Shown piece by piece: positions 15,101 through 26,082 of a stretch of 64,000 nucleotides of DNA. A program made the position numbers and the translations under genes. The notes beneath the pieces were generated by a model. That model saw only the letters and a list, made by a program, of their open reading frames with translations. It did not search any database and was not told the DNA's origin. Source of the stretch: Dimorphilus gyrociliatus (Eukaryota > Animalia > Annelida); contig CAJFCJ010000023.1 of the NCBI GenBank assembly GCA_904063045.1, forward strand, positions 186,001 through 250,000, written 5' to 3'. The first letter of the stretch is position 1; the number at the start of each line of letters is the position of its first letter.

Positions 15101-18100
15101 CGTTGGACCATTAAGATGCTACGAAAGTAGAAATTTTCTTATAATTAAGCTTGAATGTTAATAAGCCATTGTTGTTTACAAATTATAGAATACGATCGTA
15201 ACTTGGCTAAATATTCATGTAAAAGTGGGCAAGTTGTTGAACCTAAAACCAAATGTATTTACGAAGAAGACGAATATAAAAATATTATAGGATGTAGGGA
15301 TGGTTCTCATTTACAAAATTGCGGTTTGTATTAGGAATATTTTCCAAGGGATTTCATTAAAAGTAATCAAAAGCTTGTTTGTTTTAGAATCATTCCAATG
15401 CCCTAGTGGATATATTAAATGTAAATTGTCATTTTGTATTCCAGTATGGGCTCTATGCGATGAAGTTAAACATTGTCCATTGGCCGACGATGAACAAAAT
15501 TGCAGTTAATTCTTTCATTTTATTCATACTATTGAATTATAAAGATTTTAATTATTCTATGCTAAGACATAATCATATCTTTACAGAGAATTTCACATGT
15601 CCTGGAATGTATCAATGTCCTAATTCTAAACAGTGTATCTATTCATCTCAATTATGCGATGGAAAAATGCATTGTAAAATGGGTGAAGATGAAAGAAATT
15701 GCTATCCAACATGTCCAAATGTTTGTAATATGTCTAATATTTTTATTAACTCTTTAGTTTTTAACATATTATTTCCATTTTTTTAATAGAATTGCATATG
15801 TACAGCTTGGCATTATTCTTGCACTAGCGGAGTTCAATTGGAACAGTTTGATTACAGAATTAGGAAAGCTAATCTTGAAGAAGCGGAAATAGGACCAAAA
15901 ATAACTATTGATCCTTACTGGCCTTTTATATATGATTTAGATTTATCAGGAAATAACATTGAACAATTAAATTCCACACAATTAAGATTTATGAGTAATT
16001 TATTATTTTTGAATTTGGGGAACAATAAAATAAGCCTATTACGATTTCATACTTTTATTGGTTTGGGAAGGTTGGAAAGTTTAAATTTATTAGGAAATCC
16101 TATAGAAGAAATTGAAAATGGAGCCTTTATAGGCCTTAAAAAAGTATCAATATTGAAATTATCATCAATGAAAATACGAAGTATATCAATGAACGCTTTC
16201 GAAGGATTGGAAAATCTTATCTATTTGGATATATCTGACAATAGAATATCATTTATTCACAAGGATTCATTATCAAAATTAACGAATTTAGAATATTTTG
16301 ACTTTTCAGCAAATTTAAATCCCGAAATGACAAAGAACAGTCTTGCATTGTTGACGAATTTGAATAAATTAAAGTCGGATGACTTTAGATATTGCTGCTA
16401 CGTTCGTGACAGAGTTGAAGAGTCTGATTGTCATCCACCAAAGGACGAAATCTCTTCTTGCGAAGATTTAATGAGGAATAACATTCTAAGAGCCTTTGTA
16501 TGGTTGTTTGGAATTAGTGCTTTTCTAGGAAATGCTTCAGTTTTATTAATTAGAGTACTGAGGAGAGATATTAAAAATGTCAATGGAATATTGGTATCAA
16601 ATTTGGCTTTATCTGATTTCCTTATGGGTTTTTATTTGTTGGTAATAGCAGTCGTTGATAATAAATATAGAGGAAGTTACGTTGAGCACGATTATAGTTG
16701 GCGAAATAGGTAAGTTTTCTCCTTCACTTAAATAACTTATTACTAATACATTTTACTGTTAGCAACCTTTGTGCTATTTCTGGTTTTATTGGAACGCTGT
16801 CGAGTGAAGCATCAGGTTCAAATTGTTTTTTCTTCCTATTAAGAAAATATTCATAAACATTTATATTCGTCTTTTCAGTGTTAACCCTATGTCTTATAAG
16901 TATAGATCGTTTTATATGCGTTGTTTATCCTCTAAGTACGAAAAGAATTACTAAAAAGTTCTCCTTCCTCTTAATTTTGGCTGCATGGCTATTCGGAATT
17001 GTTCTATCTGGCCTACCAATGCTATCTATTGAGGTATATGTATATTTAGAGATAAATTACAATTCCACTCTGCTTTAGCTTGTCTAAAGTTATATTTTCT
17101 TATTTTGTGTTATAGTATTTCACCGGTAAAGGAAACGTAGGATTCTATAGCAGATCTGGTGTTTGCATATCCCTTCATTTGACAAAAGAGGAGACTCCTG
17201 GTTGGGAATATTCAGTAGCGGTTTTCGTATTTATGAATTTTATGGCATTCCTATTCATTTGCGGAATGTATATTTATATGTATAGAACTATTCAAAAGTC
17301 GATAAAGTATGTACTGTTTACGTTAATACTTCATATGATGAAAACATATAATTTTTGGGTCTTCTTCTTAATTATATTAGATCCTCGGGTAGAAAACAAC
17401 AGTCTAATGAAATGAAACTTGCCAGAAAGATGACTTTGATTGTCGCAACTGATTTTCTTTGTTGGGTTCCAATAGGAATAATGGGTTTTATGGCCTTGGC
17501 TGGTTATTCAACCCCTGGTCAAGTTTACGCTTGGACAGTCGTGTTCATTTTACCGGTTAATAGTGCGTTAAACCCCTTCCTATATACTATAGGTGACTTA
17601 AAAAGTCAGGTACGTATTGAATATAATAACTATAGGGGGACATAAAGCAAGTGATTATCAATTAAAGGGCATACTGAAAAAGTTATCAGCCAGGCTTGGA
17701 TTAACTAGTATAAATGAAATACCAGAGCAGTGTAAGTAATAAACTACACGCTAATTAATGCACTAATTAGACAGAGACATTTAATTAAAAATTAAAATTA
17801 AATACAGCAATGATTACTGAACATTTCTTTTTGGAGAGTCAAATTGGAAATGTTCTATGGAGAAAAGATCAACTACAAAGTACGCATATTACAAATTTTG
17901 AACAATATTCAAAAAAGAAGAAATTGATTAGTATAAAAAATCTATTAAGAATATTTGAAGTTTCTGCAAAAATAATTAATGACATGCATACAACTGGAAT
18001 GTTATTGGGAAAAGAAAAAGTTGATTTTAAAGATATTTTGTTATCGATTGATTCAAAAAAAGTATAAATAAATATGAAAAATTATAGAATTAACTTATTT

Positions 18101-18251
18101 TTTATCCATTTTTGTTTTTCAACAGAATATTCAATCAATTAACCTACTCGTTGAACCATGTGCTAGCGGTAAACAACCTGATGATATACTGTATTTGGGT
18201 AAATTAGCAAAGAGCCTACTCCGATGTAGAATAAGTAAACCTGCAACATAA
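9105..18251 (+). CDS. GRL101-like: Giant multi-exon GRL101/LGR-type (LDLa-LRR-7TM) rhodopsin-family GPCR with a mosaic ectodomain and a kinase-like C-tail
   Basis: Spliced frame gives kringle (~9736-10080), F-type lectin/FTP (~10141-10795), F5/8C (~10861-11455), 2xFN2 (~11574-11930), trefoil (~11975-12105), 2xCUB (~12182-13090), C-type lectin (~13213-13850), 4 LDLa (~13900-14470), fibrinogen-like (~14487-15125), 3 more LDLa-like (~15189-15710), LRRs (~15840-16380) and the hinge YCCY...CHPPKDEISSCEDLM. The 7TM has GNASVL, SIDRF, ATDFLCWVPI and LPVNSALNPFLY. The 5' exons and the 3' end (stop 18249-18251 versus splicing onward) are uncertain. Confidence 0.9.
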
Positions 18252-18660
18252 AGACATATTATCATATTTATGATCAAATTCTATTCTTTCCACCTGAAGA
18301 TATAAAGTTAACGTTGTTTAATTTTTATCTATATCTGATCCACATCACAGTTTGTACAGTTTTCCAAACAGATTGTTTGCTTATTAATATCGTATATAAT
18401 TAAATATGTAACAAAAAAGAGAGAAAGTTAATATTTGTGTATTAATATTGTTTTCTTCATCATTATTTTGTTTAAATAATACAATGTGTGTAGTTCTATA
18501 AAGAAATACAACTAAATAGCAAAAAATCTAAAGAACTAAATAATCCGCTGGGTGGCTCTGCCTGTTGGACTTATTAATTTCATATATTATCGCTCGGAAA
18601 TCTCTATTTTATCGTCTTTTCTAAGCACTTTTCAGTATCGGTATTAAAAATCTACCTTAG

Positions 18661-20215
18661 ATTTTGTACAAGTATTCTGTGTAATATGGGCAAAAGTATC
18701 TCTAGAACTTGTATCTCGTTGTAAAATGGCAAATAATTGTTTAGATTTGGGTATTGCAGAGGAAGACTTTGACACTCTTCTTAACGCATATATGTAAGAT
18801 GTAAAAAGCAGAGTATAAAAACTAATTAAACTTGATGAATATTCATAAAATATTTTAGAAATAAAGAATCGATACCATTAGAACAACAAAAATTACTTTG
18901 GAATGCTTTAACGAAAGAAGATAAAGAAATTTTGAGTTGTCGATTAAGTTATATAAATAAAGTTTGTTTACATTTTTATATTGGAAATTTACTTGAAATA
19001 GAATAGATGAAAAGATAAATAAATTAATTATTCAACTAGGCTGAAGATTGTTTAATGAAAAACGTTGAATTTTTCAAGAGCATATTCAAACGGTCGCAGA
19101 AGTATAAGCAATTTCAGGTTTGTACAGATTGGTTATATATACAGTATACAGTATACTTGTATATTTAAATAGATATGTATTTTTATTCCTTTTTCAGCCT
19201 ATTAATACTAATTTCTCCTGCTTGTTAAATCTAATAACGAGAGAATGGTCTTTAGAATGCGAAGACGAACTAAAAGAATGGTTTGATCCAATCATAAATG
19301 AAGTTGATAATTATAGCACAGCTAAAGACCAGCAATTACGGATAATGCATATTGGAGCTGATTTAATGAGGTTTAATTTATCAAAGATAATAGATTCATT
19401 AAATTAGTTTTCTTCAAACAACCACATAGATTATCTTATTGTTTGGCAGAGAAAGGATTAACAGTTGACGCCGTAACAGATTGTATTATGAAGTATCATA
19501 TTATCAGTTCAATTTTTGAGTAAGTAATCTATATGTGTTTCATATTGTTATTATATAGAAATATTGATATGTAAAGATGTACTGCATATACACTTTATAC
19601 ATTTTGTAGGAATACAGAAAATGTTATATACCCTTACGCAACCCAATTTGATAATGTTATTGATTTAGAAAATCAAATTCGAAGTACCAAATTCCCTGAT
19701 AAGCTATGTAAAAAATCTATAACGGATTTAATAAATATTAAATATAATTATGGAGATTTCTCTTGTATTGGTAACTATGCTAATAGAGAATTTTTATAAC
19801 ATTTTCTATAGAAAGCAATAATTATTAGATTCTAGTTATGATGTTATTATAACCACTGGATATTTCCATTTGGATTCAAATGTTTTTCAAACTGCAAAAG
19901 ATATTTATCAGAGTTTAAAACCTAATGGAATATGGATTAATAATTGTCCAATTAGCCTATCCTTTAAAAAAACATATCGTGCTCAAACAAAATTCTCTGG
20001 ATATTCTTATAAAGAAATACTAGATGAAGTTAAAGAAGTTGGATTTCATATGGAGGTAAGTAAAATCAAGCCTTGATTCTTACATTTATACATTGTATAC
20101 AAACATACAGAAATCGAATCTAGATAAGAAGACTACGTTTTGTAAAGATAACAATAGAATGTTATTCGAGAGATTTAACTTGATGTTTTTTCTTGCTCGT
20201 AAAGTAAATCAATAG
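18661..20215 (+). CDS. CARNMT1-like: Divergent carnosine N-methyltransferase-like (N2227 family) unit; either a separate gene from ATG 18726 or the C-terminus of the GPCR
   Basis: About 8 short exons give EEDFDTLLNAY...QQKLLWNALTKEDKEIL...REWS...PIINEV...IMHIGADLMRLSYCLA...YPYATQFDNVIDLENQIRSTKFPD...YGDFSCI...YDVIITTGYFH...IYQSLKPNGIWINNCPI...YSYKEILDEVKEVGF...MFFLARKVNQ*. This is collinear with CARNMT1 motifs as I recall them (RDWS, PGAGLGRL, YPWIHQFSN...QIRPIFFPD, GDF, ILKPGGIWINLGPL, LSYEDI, VLFVVRK). Confidence 0.85.
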
Positions 20216-20410
20216 TTCTCTCTTTATTACCTAAACAATCATTATTAAATAAATACTTTATACATGTTCTTTTTACATAGTAGATGCAGTACAGGGATAT
20301 GGCGGTATATTTAAATATACGCAATACAAATACTTATTCATACATAAATTATATATATATATATATATCATAACTGTTCAGAAACAATAACAAGAAAAAT
20401 ATCCTTTTCA

Positions 20411-23400
20411 TTAGGGGACATTTATTCTAGTTTCACCGTCGTCTCGCTGTTGAACGTTTATTTCCTGATATACTTCACCGTCGTCAAAGTCAGGATTTAT
20501 CTTAGCTGGAGTTAAGGGTACAAATACGTCATCACTCATAGGTGACAACTCTTGATAGTCAGAGGTAGTGTGACCTGTAAGTGGCTGATAATCGTTATCC
20601 TGTTCACTCTGGCGAGGTTGTGGTCTGGTAGGAGCATTTTCCTTCGGGGCGTCATCAGCGGAACTAGAAGTCTTAGATCTATTCGGAAGTCTAGGGGGTA
20701 CAGGATGCTGTATTTCGGAATTCGTAGGCAAATACGGTTTCACTTCGTTCGAAAAGATGTCAGAATCAGCTTCGCTATAACGAGTGTCCTTTCTTTGCGT
20801 TTCAAACACAGCCGGTACGGAATGAACAGGATTTTGAACATAGTAGTTTGATGCTGGTGTTACTTGTGGAGTTTGCTTCTTCATCTCACTTAAAGTCTCT
20901 TTTGAAGCTGTTGGCTTTTCCTTAGTTGCCTTCTTTTTTGTTGGTCTGCTTCTCCTATTCCGATAGATATTACAGTTTTAATGACACCTATGTAAAAAAA
21001 GTAACTTACCTTTTACAATAGCATATTATAACAACTAATAAGAGGACAAACACCAAAACACCACCAATAACACAGAGAACAATTAAAAGAATATCGTAAC
21101 TAACTTCGCATCGGGTACCCGAATATCCAGAAGTACAATTGCATTTAGTCTGGTTATCATTTATTTTATAACAAAACCCACCATTTTTGCAATAATCAAA
21201 CAGGCATTTATCTAAAGTTGAAAAAGAAAGAATTTAATTGATTTATAGAATAAAACGTCAAGCCTTACCCTTGCATTCGCCTTTATCGCGTAGATAAGCA
21301 TTTTTACATTGACACGTGAATGTGTCGGGAAGTTCTAGATCCTCACAAATTTCGAACGCGTTACAGTTATGAGTGCCACTTGCACATTCGTCAGTTGCTT
21401 TTAATATGAAAGAAAGAATAAACGAATAAATAAACAAACTGCAAGTATTTATTAAAATATTGGTACTTACAGTAACAATCTGATTCACGTTTGCTTCCAG
21501 TTGGTGACGTCTTTTTTTTACCACAGGGTATACATTTAGTATTTTCCGTCAGAGGTATATTAGATGGTTGAAAGGTTCCCGCTTCACATGGTGTGCATTC
21601 ACCTTTGGGATAAGTTCCTGGAGCACACAATAGGACGTCACATTCTGCTGCACCAATATCTGATGTTGTCTTATTTGCTGGACAGAGAGTGCAAAGAGCC
21701 GATATCTTTTTGCCATTTAAACCTAATTTTCGATAGTATCCGCGTATACATTTTGTACATGAACTTCCCCGAATTTCCATACCAGATTCACAATTTTCTA
21801 GTTAATGTTTCAACACGTTATAAAGTATTTATATTACTAAAAACAACGTACCATAGCATTCATTTTCAGATCTAGCTTTTGTCCCAATTGTTGTCATATT
21901 GACAGGACATTCATCACATTTTCTTGTAAATCCTGTTGAATGGTAAAAACCATAATCGCAATCCAAACATACGCTTCCATGTAAATATCTTCCAGGTCCA
22001 CAATCTGGTTCAGTACAATCGGCAGCAGATTTACTCCCTTCTCCAATAGTACTGAAGTTTTCCGGACATTTATGACAGCTCATTGGGCCTATAAATTCTT
22101 TATAAAAACCCTTTTTACACATCTTACACGAGTCACTATCGGCGTATTCCCCTTTTCCACAAATTACTATTTAAGAAAAAATAACCTTATACCTTGTTTA
22201 GTAATTTATTTAAAAGAAAAATTACGTATGCAATCTGTCTTGTCTTTTGATCTTTCTCGTAATGTTGTAAGACCATCAGGGCACTTCTTGCAATCCGTTG
22301 CATACTTTTCATCTTGATAATATCCTATTTTACAATCTTCACAACCACTGTTGGTTTGTTTTTGTCCTTCACTACAATCGTAGATGCATAATGCAATATT
22401 ATCAGAACCTTCTTGCTTAGTAGTTTTTCCTATGGGACATTTGGTGCACGTTTCACCAAGCTTAGTTGCATTGGTAGTTCTCCTGTAATATCCCTTCTCG
22501 CATTTAATACATAAATCCTTTTGTCTGTAATATCCGTTTTCGCAAAGACCTAAAATAGAATAGAATAAATAATACTTTCATTTTGATTTAAAAAATGTAA
22601 TTATTATAAAAAATCAAACGTTTGCAGTTGCTCTTGTTCGTTGATCCTCTATCTTGCGTTGAGTAATTTGGATCGCATAATTTACACTCTTTTTTATCCA
22701 TTTCATCTTGATATTCACCATAGTCACATTTCTGACACTCTCCAGTGGCTATTAACTTGTTACCCGGAGAACAAAGAGCTATAAAAAGAGATAACGTTTT
22801 ACTGAAAAACAACTAATACAAATAGAGAGTACTAACAAGCATCGCAAGATTGTGAACCGGCTGAATAAGTTGTTTTATCAAAAGGACACTTTTTACATTT
22901 TACGTCAATGTCCATGCTGACCTTAAAGAATCCCCTTTTGCATTCAGTACAATTAATATTATCCAACGATTCTTCACCCGGAGGGCATCTCTCTGAAAGA
23001 TAAATAAATCAAGTAACTAATTTATGTAACATTTTCAATAAGAGTTTCTTACTTTTGCAGCTTCCTATATTCATAGATGTATCCTTCAAAGTTCCATAAC
23101 CATCAGGACACTTTATACAGAAGGTTTGATTTAATTTGTCTTGATATTCATTTATTGGGCATTTTAGGCATTCCATAGTTGATGTTTGTTTAAATCCTTT
23201 TTGGCATACGCATTCCAATTGACTTTCAGCAGTTTCAGAATTTGTTGTTGAGCCCGATTTACATTTAATACATTTACCTCCCAAATGTACTTCAGCTTTT
23301 CGATAGTAACCGAATCCACATTTTATACAATTGGATCCATCTGATTTATAGCCAGATGGACATTTATCCACACAAACTGTGGATCCTGGAAGACTAGTTT

Positions 23401-25667
23401 TTGCACTGTCGCATTTAATACATTCTGTCGATGCCACTCGGTTTTGAAAATAATCGGCAGGGCATTTTACACAGACGCTTGCCTCTTCTTTGTGGCCAAC
23501 ATCACAAGGCACTAATAACGTTTATTAAAGACAAAGGTTAAATGATACTACTTTAGGTAATTAAATTAAATGTAATATTTACTGCAGCCTTTCGTCAGGA
23601 ATTGGTGCCCTCTTGAACAACTGTAAACTTGAGTTACCGATGTATCTTGAGGATTTGTATTAGACTATAAATTGTATAATAGTTAGTTACTAGAAATGAA
23701 TGCATTTAAATATTTTACTATTCTTACATAAACGAACTTTCCGGATGTAATCATGGTTTCTAGAATGGCCTTTACTTCTTTAAGAACAAACTCTGTTCGC
23801 TTTGATAGCCATTTCCTTTTACAGGAAGAGCAGGTAAAGTATCTTATATATTTAAATTGTCTTACTTACTGTATATTGTAGTATGAAATTATTACATAAT
23901 TATTAAAATTTGTACATTTTGTATCCACAATGAAATTGTCTAGAGCGTCTCTTTTCTCATACCCTATCCCCCATGTATCGCTTTCTTCTCCTAATTTTTT
24001 CTCAATAAATGCTTTAATTTTGTCTTTTTGACAATCGTTTAGGATATATGTAAGCTTTACGTGAGCGTTGACCCGTTGATCGCGTTCAATTACTAAATAT
24101 AGATTTAATTAATAATTAATTGTGTGAATAAATTAAATGTATAAGTTGGAATAAATTTGACTAACTTATTTTGCAATCTTGTTTAAAGATGCTGTTTTCG
24201 CCTGTCGTTGTATAGCCGCTGGGACATAAATCACAAACTTTTTTTGTATTATAATTTTGGTATTGTCCCACCCGACAATAGACACATTGGCTTCCTGAGA
24301 CAGGATATATACCATGTCCTATTGGGCAGCTTAAGATATCTGCATAACATAAAATTACAATAAGAAACCGATGGAAATATCATTACATCAGTATAAGTTT
24401 GTATCTTAGAAAATAGCTAAATCAGTTACGTACCGCATTTTCTTTCGTTGTTATTGTTTACTGCTATCCACACATATAAATTGTTTAAGCAAAAGTAGCC
24501 ACTTTGCTTTACAGAAATGCCATTTATATGTCTCATAATTAAATTACAATTGGAAGGTGTTATAGTTTGTAATATATAATCCGTATCGATTAAAGATGTT
24601 AATCTTTGTGAACACTCTCGATAGGCAGCATCGCTAGAAAATGCAGGAGTGAAGATTGCATACAATTCAAAAATGAAGTTAACTCCATCACTCCTAGAAT
24701 CATGAAACTCCAGTGTGAACCTTATATTATCTGCGCAATTAAGTTTGTCATTTGTATAATTGCTCTTATTTTCGAGGTCAATAGATATTTTTAATTTATT
24801 TGTGTAATCCTGTAAAGGGCAATTAGCTGAACTTTCGTAAACAAATGAATATAATGTCTTAAACACAGCTTGATCGGCAGAGATGACTGTAGTAAAAATA
24901 AATAATAAAGAGGAATAAAGTATTGTAAAAGAACAATCATTTCTAAATTGTATACATTCTATAAATACTAATAAAATACATTTACCGAAAAGGAAAGAGG
25001 GAAATATTTTAGTTAGTTTACAGTTAACGAACTTATAAAATGATATTTGATATCTTATTATTAGTTAAATTTATTAGTAAATTGTTTAGTTATTTGTAAT
25101 ATTTATTTCATAACAAATTGGCAATAATCTCTCCTTCACTCCCCTTCTTATCGTTTTCATTATTGATATTATTATTATTAGGTTGAACCAAGCTAACCTA
25201 CTTTCTTTTTGGTAATTTTACTTCCAATTCTTGACAACCAATAACAAAAAACACAGTCAATACTCTATGTAGAAAACTATAAAGTTGACCTTAAAGATCT
25301 CTTTTCTTAATGTTTTATCTTTCATTTGAGTTCTAGCTTATCCAATAAAGTACGCAAATGTATGAAGGTAATTTGTATGAATGTCAGATATACATACTGA
25401 ATGATGTATGAATCAAAATTGAATTAAATAGAACATATATATATAGTATATACTGTATATATACTTATATATTATTGTATGTTGATGATTTTGAATAGAA
25501 AGTACACGAGATATTAGGAAGCAGTTAATCTTGTCGTTAGGAATACAATATTGAATTTATATAGATAATATTTATGAATTAAAATTATGTTAATTAAATG
25601 ATTTACCTGTAAAAACTAAAGATAATAAACTAAAAGTTGCTAATACACAGTTCCTTCTTTCAGACAT
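20411..25667 (-). CDS. Type I membrane protein: signal peptide, many ephrin-receptor-like (GCC2/GCC3) Cys repeats, Ca-binding EGF plus EGF, TM helix and Tyr-motif tail (SVEP1/uninflatable/SCUBE-like modules)
   Basis: Exon 25607-25667 (MSERRNCVLATFSLLSLVFT) splices in phase 1 to 24886 (VISA|DQ). It has repeated CxxCxxGxYQ...CxxCP units, DECASGTHNC (cbEGF) and CLFDYCKNGGFC...CTSGYSGTRCE (EGF). The TM is ILLIVLCVIGGVLVFVLLLVVIICYC, and the stop is at 20411. Confidence 0.88.
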
Positions 25668-26082
25668 TTTCAATACACTAGGAGAGTCGTGCGAATCATT
25701 CTGAACCAATAGACGAAAGCCTTAGGCTTAAGTTATTGAACGTAAGGCCAAGATCTTATTCAATTTTTTGTTTGAATTTCTGTATTGGGCCGTACCAGTT
25801 GCCATTTGTGTTTTATATAAGATTTCTAAATAATATTTAACCTCTTTAATGTATTTTAAGCGAGACTATTCTAGGTTTTTATCTATTCTTGACTTGATAC
25901 TTAGTCGATTCCAGAAGTAAATTATATTGAATGAAGCAATATGTAAATATTTATAAAGCCCAAACTTGTAAATAACCTGGAATTTTGTCTTTTGACGAGA
26001 TAAAGATCTCTTTAAAAAAATGCAAAATCATATTCTGATTATCTTCTTAATTTATAAAAATAGATTTTTTATTTAAAGAAAA

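Noticed and set aside
20552-22317. Antisense ORFs over real exons (also 31293, 31693, 35569, 37113, 52146, 52668, 58945-61728)
   Set aside because: Shadow frames of genuine coding exons on the opposite strand or in another frame.
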